Assembly (NCBI RefSeq): GCF_009914755.1
Contig: NC_060931.1
Origin: the human T2T-CHM13v2.0 reference genome, Homo sapiens
Reading direction: 5' to 3' (one strand)
DNA: 64,000 bases
Position numbers and translations under genes: made by a program. Positions 28,451 through 41,485 of the stretch are shown one piece after another. The notes beneath the pieces were generated by a model that saw only the letters and a program-made list of their open reading frames with translations, was not told where the DNA came from and did not search any database. The number at the start of each line of letters is the position of its first letter. Within the stretch, counting starts at the first letter, position 1.

Positions 28451-28754
28451 ATGCTAGCACAGTCTGACTGTGGTAGAAAATAATTTAATTATACATTTTA
28501 AAATAACTAAAAGAGTATAATTGGATTGTATGTAACACAATGGATAAATACTTGAGGTGATAATACCTCATTTACTGTGATGTGATTTTAAGTTTTTCAT
28601 GCCTTTATCAAAATATCTCAGATAACCTGATTATCAGATATTTTCCTAAAGGCATTCTATATATAGATATATATACACGCACACACATACATACATATAT
28701 ATATAAACATGTATATAAAATATAATATGTCAGAGGTAAGATAAAAGTTCATGT

Positions 28755-28930
28755 GAATAGATGATCACTAGAAGAGAGGAATTAAAATGTTCCCAACACA
28801 AGAAATGATACTCAAGTTGATGGATATCCTAAATGCTGTGATTTCATCATTACACATTCTATGCATGTAACAAAATAGCACATGTACTCCATAAATATGT
28901 ATGAATATTATAAATTAACAAATAAAAAGA
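28755..28930 (+). mobile_element. Separate L1MA (L1MA4/5-like) 3' end
   Basis: 'aatgttcccaacacaagaaatgata...gatggatatcctaaat...catgtactccataaatatgta' plus A-rich tail. Confidence 0.75.
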
Positions 28931-29723
28931 AAATATGATTAGGTCCTATTGTCTACATTGTGACTTTTCATTTTCTAGGAGCCATCTTAGTAAGAAAAAA
29001 ATGTGATCAGTTATATGAATGATCAGCTACAAAAAGTCCCAAAGATCAAAACAATGCAGTTGGCTATAAGAATTAAAATGCTGAACAATGAAAAACAGTT
29101 ACTTTTGCTGATGTATATACATATATTTACATATATTTTTGAATTATATACAAATATGTATATATAAATTTAATGCATGTATGTATATATCTATATACTT
29201 ATATTTACATTTAACTTTCAACAAAATAGCTGTCTATGAGAAGATTTCTTTTTCTGTAAATAGAATAACTAGAAAAAATGCTTCTGATATAGCAAATTAT
29301 CAAAAATCAAAAACAGAATGAAACAGTGAAGAATTGATGGGTCAAGATCAAGTAGAAAACTGAAATGTAAGACTTGAATTTGGATTTTGCTTTTTCTAAA
29401 AGCAGCTGCTAAATTCAGAAGAAGCTGAGCAGCTAAGAAACTTCTTTGACAGCCACTAGGAAATAGTGGTGCAAAAATGGACTGCAGAAGAAATGGCTGC
29501 CTTCCTAAATCCCAAGGATTTGGTTTCAATCCTGAAAGTTTATATCAGAGGGATACAATGGATGATACCAACTCTCACAAAGATTGAATACTGACTTTGA
29601 AATAACTCAATTCACAAAAGTGGGTTGTGGTTATATAGATCGCCAGAGCAGACACATGGTGGAAGCTAATGTAACTCTTCTCTATAAAAAGATCCCTAAC
29701 CTGAGGAAAATGAATCTGAATAA

Positions 29724-30160
29724 TATTATGAGTTGAAGTGTGTCCCTCCAAAATCCATATGTTCAAGTTCCAGACCCTAGTACTTCTGAATGTGATCTTA
29801 TTTGAAACTAGGGTCATTTGAGATGTAACCTGTTAAGATGAGATCATACTGGAAGACAGTGGGCCCCTAATCCAATATGTCTGACAACCTCATCTAAAAG
29901 GGGAAATTTTGACATAAACACAGGGGTAAGACATTGTGAGAAGACAGGCATCTACAAATCAAGGAATGCCTGAGACTATCAGAAGCTAGGAGAGAGACTT
30001 AGAACAGATCTTCTCCTAGTTCCTATAGAGGAAATGTGGCTCTGCCAACACACTGATTTTAGACTTTTGGCCCCAGAAGTGAGATAATACATTTTTGTTG
30101 TTTTAAGCCATGTTGTTTGTGATATTTTATTTTAGCAGCCCTACCTAGGAAATCAATACA
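29724..30160 (+). mobile_element. MaLR solo LTR, MLT1B/C-like
   Basis: 'ttatgagttgaagtgtgtccctccaaaatccatatgtt' start, 'gcagcccta...ggaaatcaataca' end. Confidence 0.85.
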
Positions 30161-30315
30161 GATGAGCAAACATGGAATATTTGTTCTCACTAAAATCTCT
30201 AACTTGAATTGATAGTTTTCTTCCATTAAGAATATAGGTAGAAAAAACTATATTATTTGCAGTACATGAGACTTTGTCACCGATGAAAAATGTACATGTA
30301 TCCATACTATTGTTC

Positions 30316-30522
30316 TATTTTATATAAGTTCTGGGGTACATGTACAGGATGTGCAGGTTTGTTACATAGGTAAAAGTGTGCCATGGTGGCTTGCTGCACC
30401 TATCTACCCATCACCTAGGTATTAAGCCCAGTATGTACTAAGAATTTTTCCTGATGCTCTCCCTCCCCCTGCCACCCGCCCTGACAGGCGCCAGTATGTG
30501 TCATTCCCCTCCCTGTGTCCAT
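30316..30522 (-). mobile_element. Short L1PA (PA8-10-like) 3' end
   Basis: 'aagttctggggtacatgtacaggatgtgcaggtttgttacataggt'; TSD-like tccatactattgtt / tccataatagtgtt. Confidence 0.85.
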
Positions 30523-30660
30523 AATAGTGTTGGAGATATCTATACGTAATACTTATGCACATCATTAGTTTATTTAGAGTAGTTATTAGAATGACAGTTA
30601 TTTTTATATTAAATAAGCATATTAATCAAAATATGTATTAGTATAATTTTGTTAATGTGT

Positions 30661-31021
30661 TGATACGGTTTGACGCTGTGTCCCCACCCAAATCTCATCT
30701 TGAACTGTACTCCCATATTCCCACGTGCTGTGGGAGGGACCTGGTGGGAGATAATTGAATTATGGGAGCGGGTATTTCCCATGCTGTTCTTATGATAGTG
30801 AATAAGTCTCATGAGATCTGATGATTTTATAAGGGGGAGTTTCCCTGCACAAGCTCTCTCTTTGCTTTCTGCCATCTATCTAAGATGTGACTTGATCCTT
30901 CTTGCCTTCCTCCATGATTGTGAGGCCTCCCCAGCAACATGGAACTGTAAGTCCATTAAACCTATTTTTCTTCCCAGTCTTGGCTATCTCTTTATCAGCA
31001 GAATGAAAATGAACTAATACA
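30661..31021 (+). mobile_element. THE1 solo LTR (THE1A/B-like)
   Basis: 'tgatacggtttg...tgtgtccccacccaaatctcatcttgaa' to 'gaactaataca'; 5-bp TSD tgtgt/tatgt. Confidence 0.92.
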
Positions 31022-31299
31022 TATGTTAATAACTATTTCAATAAAATTTGTTCCCTCTATAAATCTATGTAACTTATAATGCATATTTTAAAAGATTAAT
31101 CTGATAAATTTATGGGTTCGTAAGACTTTCAATAGTTCATTGTTATAAAAATTATTGAGAACTTTATGCTGAAAGAAAGAAATATTGTAGACTGCAAATT
31201 ATTTCCACAACTATTTCCATTCAATACTTGACACTGAATTACAAACTAAAAGACACATAAAAATCAAAACAATAGACATACAAGCAAAATATGAAAAAG

Positions 31300-33415
31300 T
31301 AAGGCAGATGCAGTATATATTTAGCTAATAGATCCATCACACATTGCTTTGAAAACATATGTAAAATATTGACCAAAAAACGTTTGGGAATTTTAGAACC
31401 TAAAACGATGAAAATGAAAATATAATTACTGAAAGTGATATCTCAGTGAAATATTTTAATATGAGGTTAGGCAAACTTGAAATAATTACTTAGCCTTCAG
31501 AAAATAATATACAGAAAAAAATAAGGAAAGACAAAAAATACATGAGAGTTTAGAAGATGTAAGAAAAGCACACCTAGACACATCTGGGTTAAACTTCCGA
31601 TTAAAAGAAAACAACAGGATATCTTAAAAGCAGAAGGAACAAAGGTAAATTATCTTCAAACAAACAAACTGACTTCTCAACAGTATCAATGAAAGTCTAA
31701 AAATCAAGGATTGATTATTATAAACAGATAAAGGAAATTAATAGCTAACTAGGAAACTTATACACAGCAAAAAAAAAACTTTAACAATTACTTACTACTA
31801 TTCAAGATGGAATAACAGAGTTTTGCCTTCTTATCTGAAACTACTAAGAAATTGAATAAAATACAGCAAACAACAATCTTCAAGATGGGAATATCAGACA
31901 TCAAAGACAGTGATCTCTGAGAGACAGAAAACAAAGTGAGGCCTGCAATAGGTACAGCTCATTGCCTGGAGATAATTTTCAGGCTGAGGTGCAGGAAGTG
32001 GAAGCCAGGCAGAACCTGGAGTTTGGGGAGGCCAAAGACACTGTGTAGAGAGTGTAACTCAAGTCTTTAATGGAGTATTGAGCAGTGTATGCATGTGAGA
32101 AATTCTCTGAAGCCAGGGAAAGAACCACCGAAAGAATGTGAGCATAGATGGGGTTCTCAGGGGTAGAGATAGTTCCTATTCCCACCAACCAGAATGGAAA
32201 TCTTCATCTTCACAGGTGTAGGTAGAGGGCTCAGAAAGGTTTTGCCTCAGTATTCAGTGATACCTGCTTACAAAGCAAGGCTTAAAAAAAGTAAAACTGA
32301 AGAAATAAGCCTAAAGAAATAGAACTCTTAATAAGACAGTAAACTTTTTTCCAGAACAAATCTAAAAAATATTAACAAGAATCTAAAAACAACCAGTACC
32401 AAACTAGGTCAAACCCCAATATGTAGCATCATTTCAGAATTTGTAATGCATGCAAAGAAGTGAGAAAATTTGATTCATTAATTAATCAAAACCATATAAA
32501 ATCATACAGGTAATAGAATTGGTAGAAAGGACACTGAAATAATTGTGATAACTGTATTCTATATGTTCAAGAATCTAAAGCAGGGATAAGTATTTTTTTC
32601 TGGAAAGAACCACATAAAATAAGAGGGTTAACAACTTTCACAACTATTAAACTATTAGCTTTGCTGTTGTAGCATAGATTAGACAAACAGATAGATAAAT
32701 AGATAAAAACAAATATGGCTTTTTCTTAAAAAAAGGGCTGTGGACTGTGTTTATTCTATGGACTATAGTTGGCTAAGGTCTGATCTAGAAGAAATATGGA
32801 GCATATTAAGATTAATAGAAGGTTTTTGTTTTAAATCAAGGGATAGAAACTACAATGCCTAAAATATAAAATACATGGCATAAAATTAACAAAAAATTAA
32901 GCTTAAAAAACACAGAAAACTATATGATTTGAAGCAATTTATTATATATGTAGCTGGAGTTCCCAACTTTTTAGGGGGACAGAAAAAAATGATTTGTAAT
33001 ACCAATTATGACAGATTTTCCAAATTTGATGAAAATTATAAACATATAAACTTAATAAGTTCAAAGAACCCCAAACAAAAGAAACATAAAATAAACTATA
33101 TGAAAGTTAAAACTTTAAAGGTTTTGGAAGAAAAGTCAGGTCAATATATTTGTGAATAAAGATTAGGCAAAGATGTGCAGATTGAAAGCAAGTAAAGCAC
33201 TTAACATAAAAGTGATTAACAACTTGGACAACATCATACAAATTATAATTTTCTGTTCATCCAAAGACACTGTTAAAGTGAGAAGTCAAGCCACAGACTG
33301 GGAAAAAATGTTCATAATGCCTTTGAAAAAGATTACATTCAGAGTATTAAAAAATCCCTACAAAGACATAATAAAACAAATATCAGTTAAAATGGAAAGA
33401 AAGACTTGAACGTGC
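31300..33415 (+). mobile_element. Fragmented old L1MC/L1ME (5'UTR, ORF1 and ORF2 pieces)
   Basis: 'caagatggaataacagag...cagtgatctctgagagacagaaaacaaagtgagg' 5'UTR; ORF2 3' motif 'caagccacagactgggaaaaaatg'. Confidence 0.65.
32581..32782. mobile_element. MER58-like hAT-Charlie element
   Basis: CAGGG...CTG termini; 'ctttgctgttgtagcatag', 'ggactatagttggctaa'; 8-bp TSD atctaaag/atctagaa. Confidence 0.6.
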
Positions 33416-33418
33416 ACC

Positions 33419-33500
33419 TTTGTTTTGTTTTGTCTTAAGAGAAGATCTTGCTCTGTTGACCAGGCTGAATTATAGCAGTGAGATCAAAGTTCATTGCAGT
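33419..33500 (-). mobile_element. Old Alu (AluJ/FRAM) fragment
   Basis: 'tcttgctctgttgaccaggctgaa...agttcattgcag'. Confidence 0.65.
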
Positions 33501-33584
33501 ATCTACTGTTACCATTTATATTTAACACTGCACAGCTATGTCCTAGCCACTGCAATAAAGCAAGAAAAATATATATATATAAAG

Positions 33585-34067
33585 CAGGAGTCCCCAGCTT
33601 AAAGCACGGTACTTATCCGTGTCCTGTTAGAAAACGGGCCACACAGCAAGAGGTGAATGGTGGGGCAAGAAAGGATTACCACCTGAGCTCTGCCTCCTCT
33701 CAGGTCAGCAGTGGCATTGGATTCTCATAGGAGCATGAACCCTCTTGTGTACTGCCCATGTGAGGGATCTAGGTTGCATCACTCCTTATGAGAATCCAAT
33801 GCCTTATGATCTGTTACTGTCTCTCATCACCCCAAATGGGACTGTCTAGTTGTAGGAAACCAAGCTCAGGGCTCCCACTGATTCTACATTATGGTGAGTT
33901 GTATAATTATTTCATCATATATTACAATGTAATAATAATAGAAATATAGTGCACAATAAATGTAATGTGCATGAATCATCCTGAAACCATCCACCCCAAC
34001 CCCGGTCCATTTAAAAATTGTCTTCCATAAAACTGGTCCCCAGTGCCAAAAAGGTTGGGGACTGCTG
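33585..34067 (+). mobile_element. MER1A hAT-Charlie DNA transposon
   Basis: TIRs caggagtccccag / ttggggactgctg; 'gggctcccactgattctacattatggtgagttg'; 8-bp TSD atataaag/ctataaag. Confidence 0.92.
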
Positions 34068-34075
34068 CTATAAAG

Positions 34076-35450
34076 GAAGAAATAGACCTGTCATCAGCTC
34101 CAGATTATATGGCTATGAACTTGGAAAACTGTAAGGGTTTTCAGAATAAGTTATTAAGTTAACAAAATAAATCTGGCAAGGTTGAAAAATTAAGTTGCAT
34201 TTTTATATACCAGAAACAATCTCAAATTTTAATTATAAAATGTTATAACTAAAATCACTGGAATAAAGCTAACAAAACTATTGTATGTACATACATATAT
34301 ATTATATATAGACATACACATAGATATAATTGCACATTTGGGATAAATCAAAGATAACAAAGGGAAAATATCAGGTTTCAATAAGATTCAAGGTTTAAAG
34401 ATGTCAGTGGTCCCAAATCAATATTTTCAATGAGTTTCTAATTAAAATTCAAATGTTTTCTTTTTAAGTGTGGACATCAACAACCAGATTTAAAAATGTA
34501 TATAAAAATGCAAAAATCCAAATACATACAAAACAACCTTGAATAAGAGCAAGTTGATAGGAATTGCCCTACCAGTTACCAAGACTGTGTTCGTTACCAA
34601 TTTACTGTCTCTCAGCTTCAAATCTACCCATCTTTTCCTGATTTGTGACACTAGCTGGAGCCCATAAATATTTCGTTTTTGTCAGCTGACTTGATATTAG
34701 GTTTTGATGATATTGGGTGCTAAAGGGATACTTCCAAAGCCAGAGCAGGAGAAGGTGTTTCCCTGGCTTTTACTGGTATTTGTGTTTCTTATTTTGGTTG
34801 TTGCTATTATTGCTTTTGTTTTTATTGTTCCATTTTTTTCTTTTTTCCCTACATGGCAGCACTCAGCTAGCACTCTACCATCTTTTTCGCCACCATCTCC
34901 TCTGCTACTTCTTTAGCCTGGAAGTTGTAGCTGCTTTCTGCATTTGCTATTTTTAGATCTTCTGGAACTCTTTTCATCTCTTTTATTTGTTAATGATATT
35001 TTACTTAACAAATCTTTATGATAAATTCACCCTGTTTCCTGAATGGATCCTATATAAAAATAAATCATAAATGTACAGTAACTAACATGAGTCTTACTGG
35101 CTCACATATAAGCAAACAAATCAAATGAATAGCATAGAAAATCCCTAAGTTGATACCTGAAACTAAAGAATACTTGTTTGAAGCACAGGTGACATTTCCG
35201 AGCATTGAAAAATAGAAAATGTGGTCTTTTCAATAATTTGTCCTGGGGTTATTTGGAAATAAATATTCAATTTGACCCCTACCTAAAATTTCTCAAAAGT
35301 CAACATCAAGAGGATTATTGATCAATATGTAAAAGCAAATCAATATATCCTCTAGAAGATAATCTAGGAAAATATACCCATGAGGTCAGGGGAGTATTTC
35401 TTAAACAGGACACAAAAAGCACATTCTAAAATCAAATACAAAAAGGAGCC
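34076..35450 (+). mobile_element. Old L1ME ORF2 fragments, interrupted by an LTR33-like element
   Basis: 'aacaaccttgaataagagcaag...gccctaccagttaccaagact' resumes at 'cataaatgtacagtaactaaca'. Confidence 0.6.
34586..35052 (+). mobile_element. ERVL LTR33-like solo LTR
   Basis: 'tgtctctcagcttcaaatctaccc...gtcagctgacttgatattaggttttg' resembles the LTR33 5' end. Confidence 0.6.
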
Positions 35451-35813
35451 AGTGAAAAGTAACTGTAAACTGTACTGATAATGTAACTGAACAATAAAAA
35501 CACAATTAAAAAATAAACTTTGAACACTGTGCCCTGCTTTTACATGCTTGGATGATTTTTGTCAAACATAGATGTGAATATAAATTGTCTAATAATTTAA
35601 TCAGAACACATAAAAATCAACAGTTTTATTATAGTTCTAATGTTGTTGCTGAATCATGATTAAAAATTTTCTTCTGGAAGAACACAGTCACTGATATACT
35701 CTGGGATAGTCACGTAATATTTTAGTTAATTAATTTATTCAACAAATATTAAGTGCAAACTAGATACTAAGATTATAACTAGTCCAGTAATAGGCAGAAA
35801 TCGTTGCAAAGCA

Positions 35814-36269
35814 GTGCATCAGTTATCCATTACCACAAAATATATCCCAATGCAAACTACAAACTCTTTGTCACGTTAGCTCATTTGTCCCATGAGTTTG
35901 TGGATTAGCAGGGGTCAGCTGGACGTGACTAGATGGCTCTACTTCAAGAAATGAGTCTAGGTGAGCTTTTCTCTGAAGTGAGGCTTTATGTGCGCCCATT
36001 CTTTTGTCCTGGACTTGAAGCAGCAGCTACCCAGGAAGGTCTTCTTATGAAGATATCAGAGTCACGCAGACATAACCTGACTGCATGTGCACTTTTGCTA
36101 TCTGATAGCATTCCATTGGTTGGTCATAGCAAGTAACATGGTTAAACCTAAAGTGAAGAAGTGGTGAAACATCCTCCACTTATTTAGTGGAGGAACAGCA
36201 AAGTCACATGAGAAAAGACATAGATAAAGTGATGCTGAAGAACTGGAACCCTTCAGGCAATCTACTACA
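35814..36269 (-). mobile_element. Old MaLR LTR (MLT1G/H/I-like)
   Basis: 'cattccattggttggtcatagcaagtaacatggttaaaccta', 'agcaaagtcacatg', 'caatctactaca' end. Confidence 0.7.
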
Positions 36270-38102
36270 GGCCATTAGACCACATAATATATATAATAAC
36301 ATAATTCTAACACCAACCATAGTACAAGAAACAGGACTTCAGTGTCTGTAGGGCTAAACGTATGTTTAAATGTTTGTAGTAATAAGAATTTATTAGCCCA
36401 TGATTTGGGGCGCTGGTTGTATTTTTTATTTTAATAGTTAAAATAGAGGTTGAGTAAATTGCATCTATCCTATTGTAATCCTTGGATAAATTGTACCGTG
36501 TTGGATTTTTCCGAGTTATGTTTATAGCTAACTGGTGTGTGGCATTGGTGACTCAAATTCAGCCACCTATCCTATCCAGCTTCTGTGATGAAGCAAAATA
36601 TCTTTCTTAAACTGTCATATGATTTTTACTTCAACATTTAATTTTCTAATTATTTTTGCAATTGTGCTAATTAGTGCTTTTTAAGTGTAATTTATTCTTC
36701 TCATCCTACCTATTTCTATCACCACTGATGAAAAGCCAATATACCTAAGAAATATTTACTAACATCATAAAATAATAAAAACAATCAAATTGCCATATGG
36801 CATTGAAAGGAATGCCAAATAGCTCAGCAGTCTTTCCCTGGGCCTTTTGAAACAGAATAAATATCCAATAGATCTTGGGCTACTTTTTAAGAATTACATA
36901 ATCCTGCCTGAAGGCTGGGGAATGAATTCAAGGAGGTCCGTAGCTAAAGTGGTTTGTAATAATAGAGTGATGGTTGTGAACTGACAGCTTACATCTATTT
37001 TTTTCAGTTGTCATAAAAAAATAATTGGAAGTCAGTGTCTAGCATGGCTGCCAACTCAGTAAAATCAACAGGCAAAACATTAACAAAAACAGATGACAAA
37101 TTCCCTGTGGAAATGCATTTGTTTGGCAGCTACTGTAGGTAATGTTGATGAACAGACAAGGCAGGAATAGAAGCTTGCAGGAAGTGATGCATGTGAGTGG
37201 GCTCCCTCACTTACTGTACTCTAGTGTGTTTCTCTTCAATCACAACATCTATAGCTTTGATCATAAATTATATTTTAAATCAATCATAAAATAATAGCAA
37301 GCTACTGTGATCTAGTTAAAACTTGTCTCAAAATAAAATATCTAGTTTTTTGTTTGTTTATTTTTCCTTAGGAGGCAGCATGTTTGAATAGTTCCTTTGC
37401 CTCTTCCCCTTTTCCCTAGGCTATGTCAGTTTCATCTTCACCACATTCTATTAAATGTCATGTACTGGCAGTAAATAACATGATCTCGTTTGTTAAACTG
37501 AAAACAAGCTTTATCATTAGAAATGTAAGGGATAATTAAAATAGACAATTACTGCATGGACAAGTTAAATACTTCTGAACCCATTACTTTAAAAAATGTG
37601 AATTTTAAATTAACGCGTTTAGTCTTGGTTAAGGGTTAGATATATTAACAGTCATTCAGTAACATAGAAACAGAACTACAAACATATTCCTGACAACTTT
37701 TCATCAACATAGCAAAAACATGCAAAATTTAAGTGGATTTGAATTTAAGCAACTATGCTTCAATTGCTTCTTTTATCAATGTTACTAGCAGAACTTATTC
37801 CAGATGATTGTGACCAGAAGTGAGATAATAAATACAAACTACTTCATGTGCTTAGTATTTAAAAATATTATTATTAGAATTCTTATTGTATATATTATTA
37901 TATTATAATAAATATCGTGTCCCTCTTTTAAATTAGAATTTTTATTATCATTCTTCAAAATTTACAAGGCATTAATCAACGGTTGAATAGGAGCAGATTC
38001 TATAGAGTGCATCTATGTCAGATAATATGACTAGTGATCAGGTTTTTTAAAGAAATATTGTTACATATGCCATCTCCCTGAAAAACTTTAGCCAAAGCTA
38101 TG

Positions 38103-38148
38103 ACACACGCACGCACACACACACACACACACACACACATACAGACAC
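38103..38148. repeat. (CA)n microsatellite
   Basis: Seen directly. Confidence 0.9.
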
Positions 38149-38745
38149 AAATAATTTTTCTCTTATATACTTTTAAAATTTATTTTTGGTTTGGTTTTTA
38201 TGTTGTGGATTAGCAGGGGTCATTTCTTTTGGCATTTCCCAATTCTCATTCTTTTGGCGTTTCTCAATTCCCTAGCATTTGTAAGTAAACGAAAGAAACC
38301 ATAGGGTTGGAATTTTGAGATATCAGTGATAGGGGAGACAGGGAAGTGATAAAATATTAAACATATGGAAAATAAATGTGACTATAATTAGAAAAAGGGA
38401 GGGGAGAGCATAGTTGTATACTATATACAGATATATATATATAATACATATATACACTTACCAGAAGTATATATATATATACTTTTATATATATGTAAAT
38501 ACACACATTCATATATACGTGTATATATATATAGAGAGAGAGAGACACACACACACAGAGAGAGAGAAAGACAGACAGAGAGAGACAGAGAAAGAGAAGG
38601 AGATTTATTATGAGAATTAGCTCACTCAGTTGTGGAGGCCAAGAAATCCCACAATATGCAATCTGCAAGCTGGAGACCCAGGAAAATTGGTGGCATAATT
38701 CAGCTTGAGTCCAAAGGCCTGAGAACTGAAAGGGCTACTGGTGTA

Positions 38746-39549
<804 letters not shown>

Positions 39550-39866
39550 TAGATGTCCGATGTCCAAGAGCAGGAGAAGGTGGATGTCCTACTCTAAGGA
39601 ATGGAGGATTCACTCAACTTGTTGTTTTGTCCTTGCTTTCAAAGGGTTGCATGGTGCCTGCCCACATTGGTAAGGGCAGGTGGGGGCTCTTCTTTATTCA
39701 GTGTACTGATTTAAGTCCTAAATTCTTTCAGAAACACTCTCAGAGACACATCCAGAAATAGTATTTCACCAGCTATCTGGGTATCCCTTAGCTTAGTCAA
39801 TTTGACACATAAGTTAACAATTACAGTAGCTCATTAGCAATATTGTGTTCAATGCTCATTTGTGCC

Positions 39867-40352
39867 TGTATTACTTTCCTATTACTGCTGTAACATGTTA
39901 CCACTAACGTGGTTGAAAACAATAAAAATTTATTATCTTACTGTTCTGGAGTTCAGAAGCCTAAAATGGATTCTTCAGATGGTGTTCTTTCTGGAAGCTG
40001 TAGGGGAGAATCTGTTTCTTTGCTTTTCCCAGCTTTTATAGATCATGTGCATTTCTTGGCTCATGGATCCTTCCTCTATCTTCAAAGCCTACACTATAGT
40101 ATCTTCTCTCCTCTATGGCATCTGCTTCTATCCTTACATATCACTCTGATTCTGATCCCCTCCTGCCTCCCTGTTAAAAGCACCCTTGTGATTACATTGG
40201 GCAACGCAGACAATCCAGGATAATTTTCCCATCTCAACATTCTTAACTTAACCACATTTCCAAAGTCTTTTTTTGCCCCAGAAAGGTAGCATGTTCACAA
40301 GTTCTGGTTTTCAGGATGTAGATTTTAGGGGGATTATTATTCATGTTATTAT
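39867..40352 (-). mobile_element. MaLR solo LTR, MLT1D-like
   Basis: 'tgtattactttcctattactgctgtaaca', 'ggagaatctgtttctttgccttttcc'-like segment, 'cttgtgattacattggg'. Confidence 0.85.
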
Positions 40353-40574
40353 AGTATTCTATACCTTATAAGTTGCTAATGGAAGGCAAAAACAAATAGA
40401 AATAAAAATATTTAAACAGCTGTTATCAAGCTCTCAGTGGAAATTGAGAACTAAATGTAGTATGAAGTTAAAGATGTGGCAAATGTGAGCAGGAATAGAG
40501 ATGTGTCCTTTGTCAATGAAAATTCAGAACACAATCTGAAGATTAAGCTCTGAATAAAGCCCAGTTTATTTTAA

Positions 40575-40742
40575 AAAGGAAGGAAGGAAGATAGGAAGGA
40601 AGGGAGGAAGATAGGAAGGAGGGAAGGAAGGAAGGAAGAAAGGAAGGAAGGAAGGAGGGAAGGAGGGAGAGAAGGAAAACAGAAAGGAAGAAATAAAGGA
40701 GAAAAGGAAGGAAGAGAGGGAGGAAGCAGAAGTAAGAAGGGG
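40575..40742. repeat. Imperfect (GGAA)n polypurine tract
   Basis: Seen directly. Confidence 0.9.
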
Positions 40743-40867
40743 GATAATCAATATTAAAAATATTTGTATAAATAGTGGCATGGCAATTGGGAAAATCTGT
40801 AATATGTGGACAATTTTTGAGAATTTGGGCAATTGTCAAGAACTTGTCAAGAACTTGGAATATTTAG

Positions 40868-41264
<397 letters not shown>

Positions 41265-41485
41265 ACCTTTCTCTTATGGAAAGTTTGCCTCTCTCAAAAT
41301 AAGCAAGGTGAAGATCTGGAGTAGATGAGTAAATCTTCTAACTTCCCCAATTCATTCCTTCATTCTAATTCATTATGTCAAGGTGGAATGCCAAAATGGT
41401 GTACTAGTTTTTTATATATATATATAAAATATATGTGTGTGTATATATACAGTATATATATTATATTATATATAATAACTAGTAT

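Larger units (their letters stand above)
22566..28625 (+). mobile_element. Near full-length L1 (L1M1-type 5'UTR, L1MA2/3-type 3' end) with internal deletions
   Basis: 5' 'gggcagagcaatatggccatatagaag...aagcaccttcataagaaccaaaaatcagg'; ORF1 relic ~23790-24740; ORF2 relic from ATG 25222; 3'UTR 'aataactaaaagagtataattggattg'. Confidence 0.92.
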
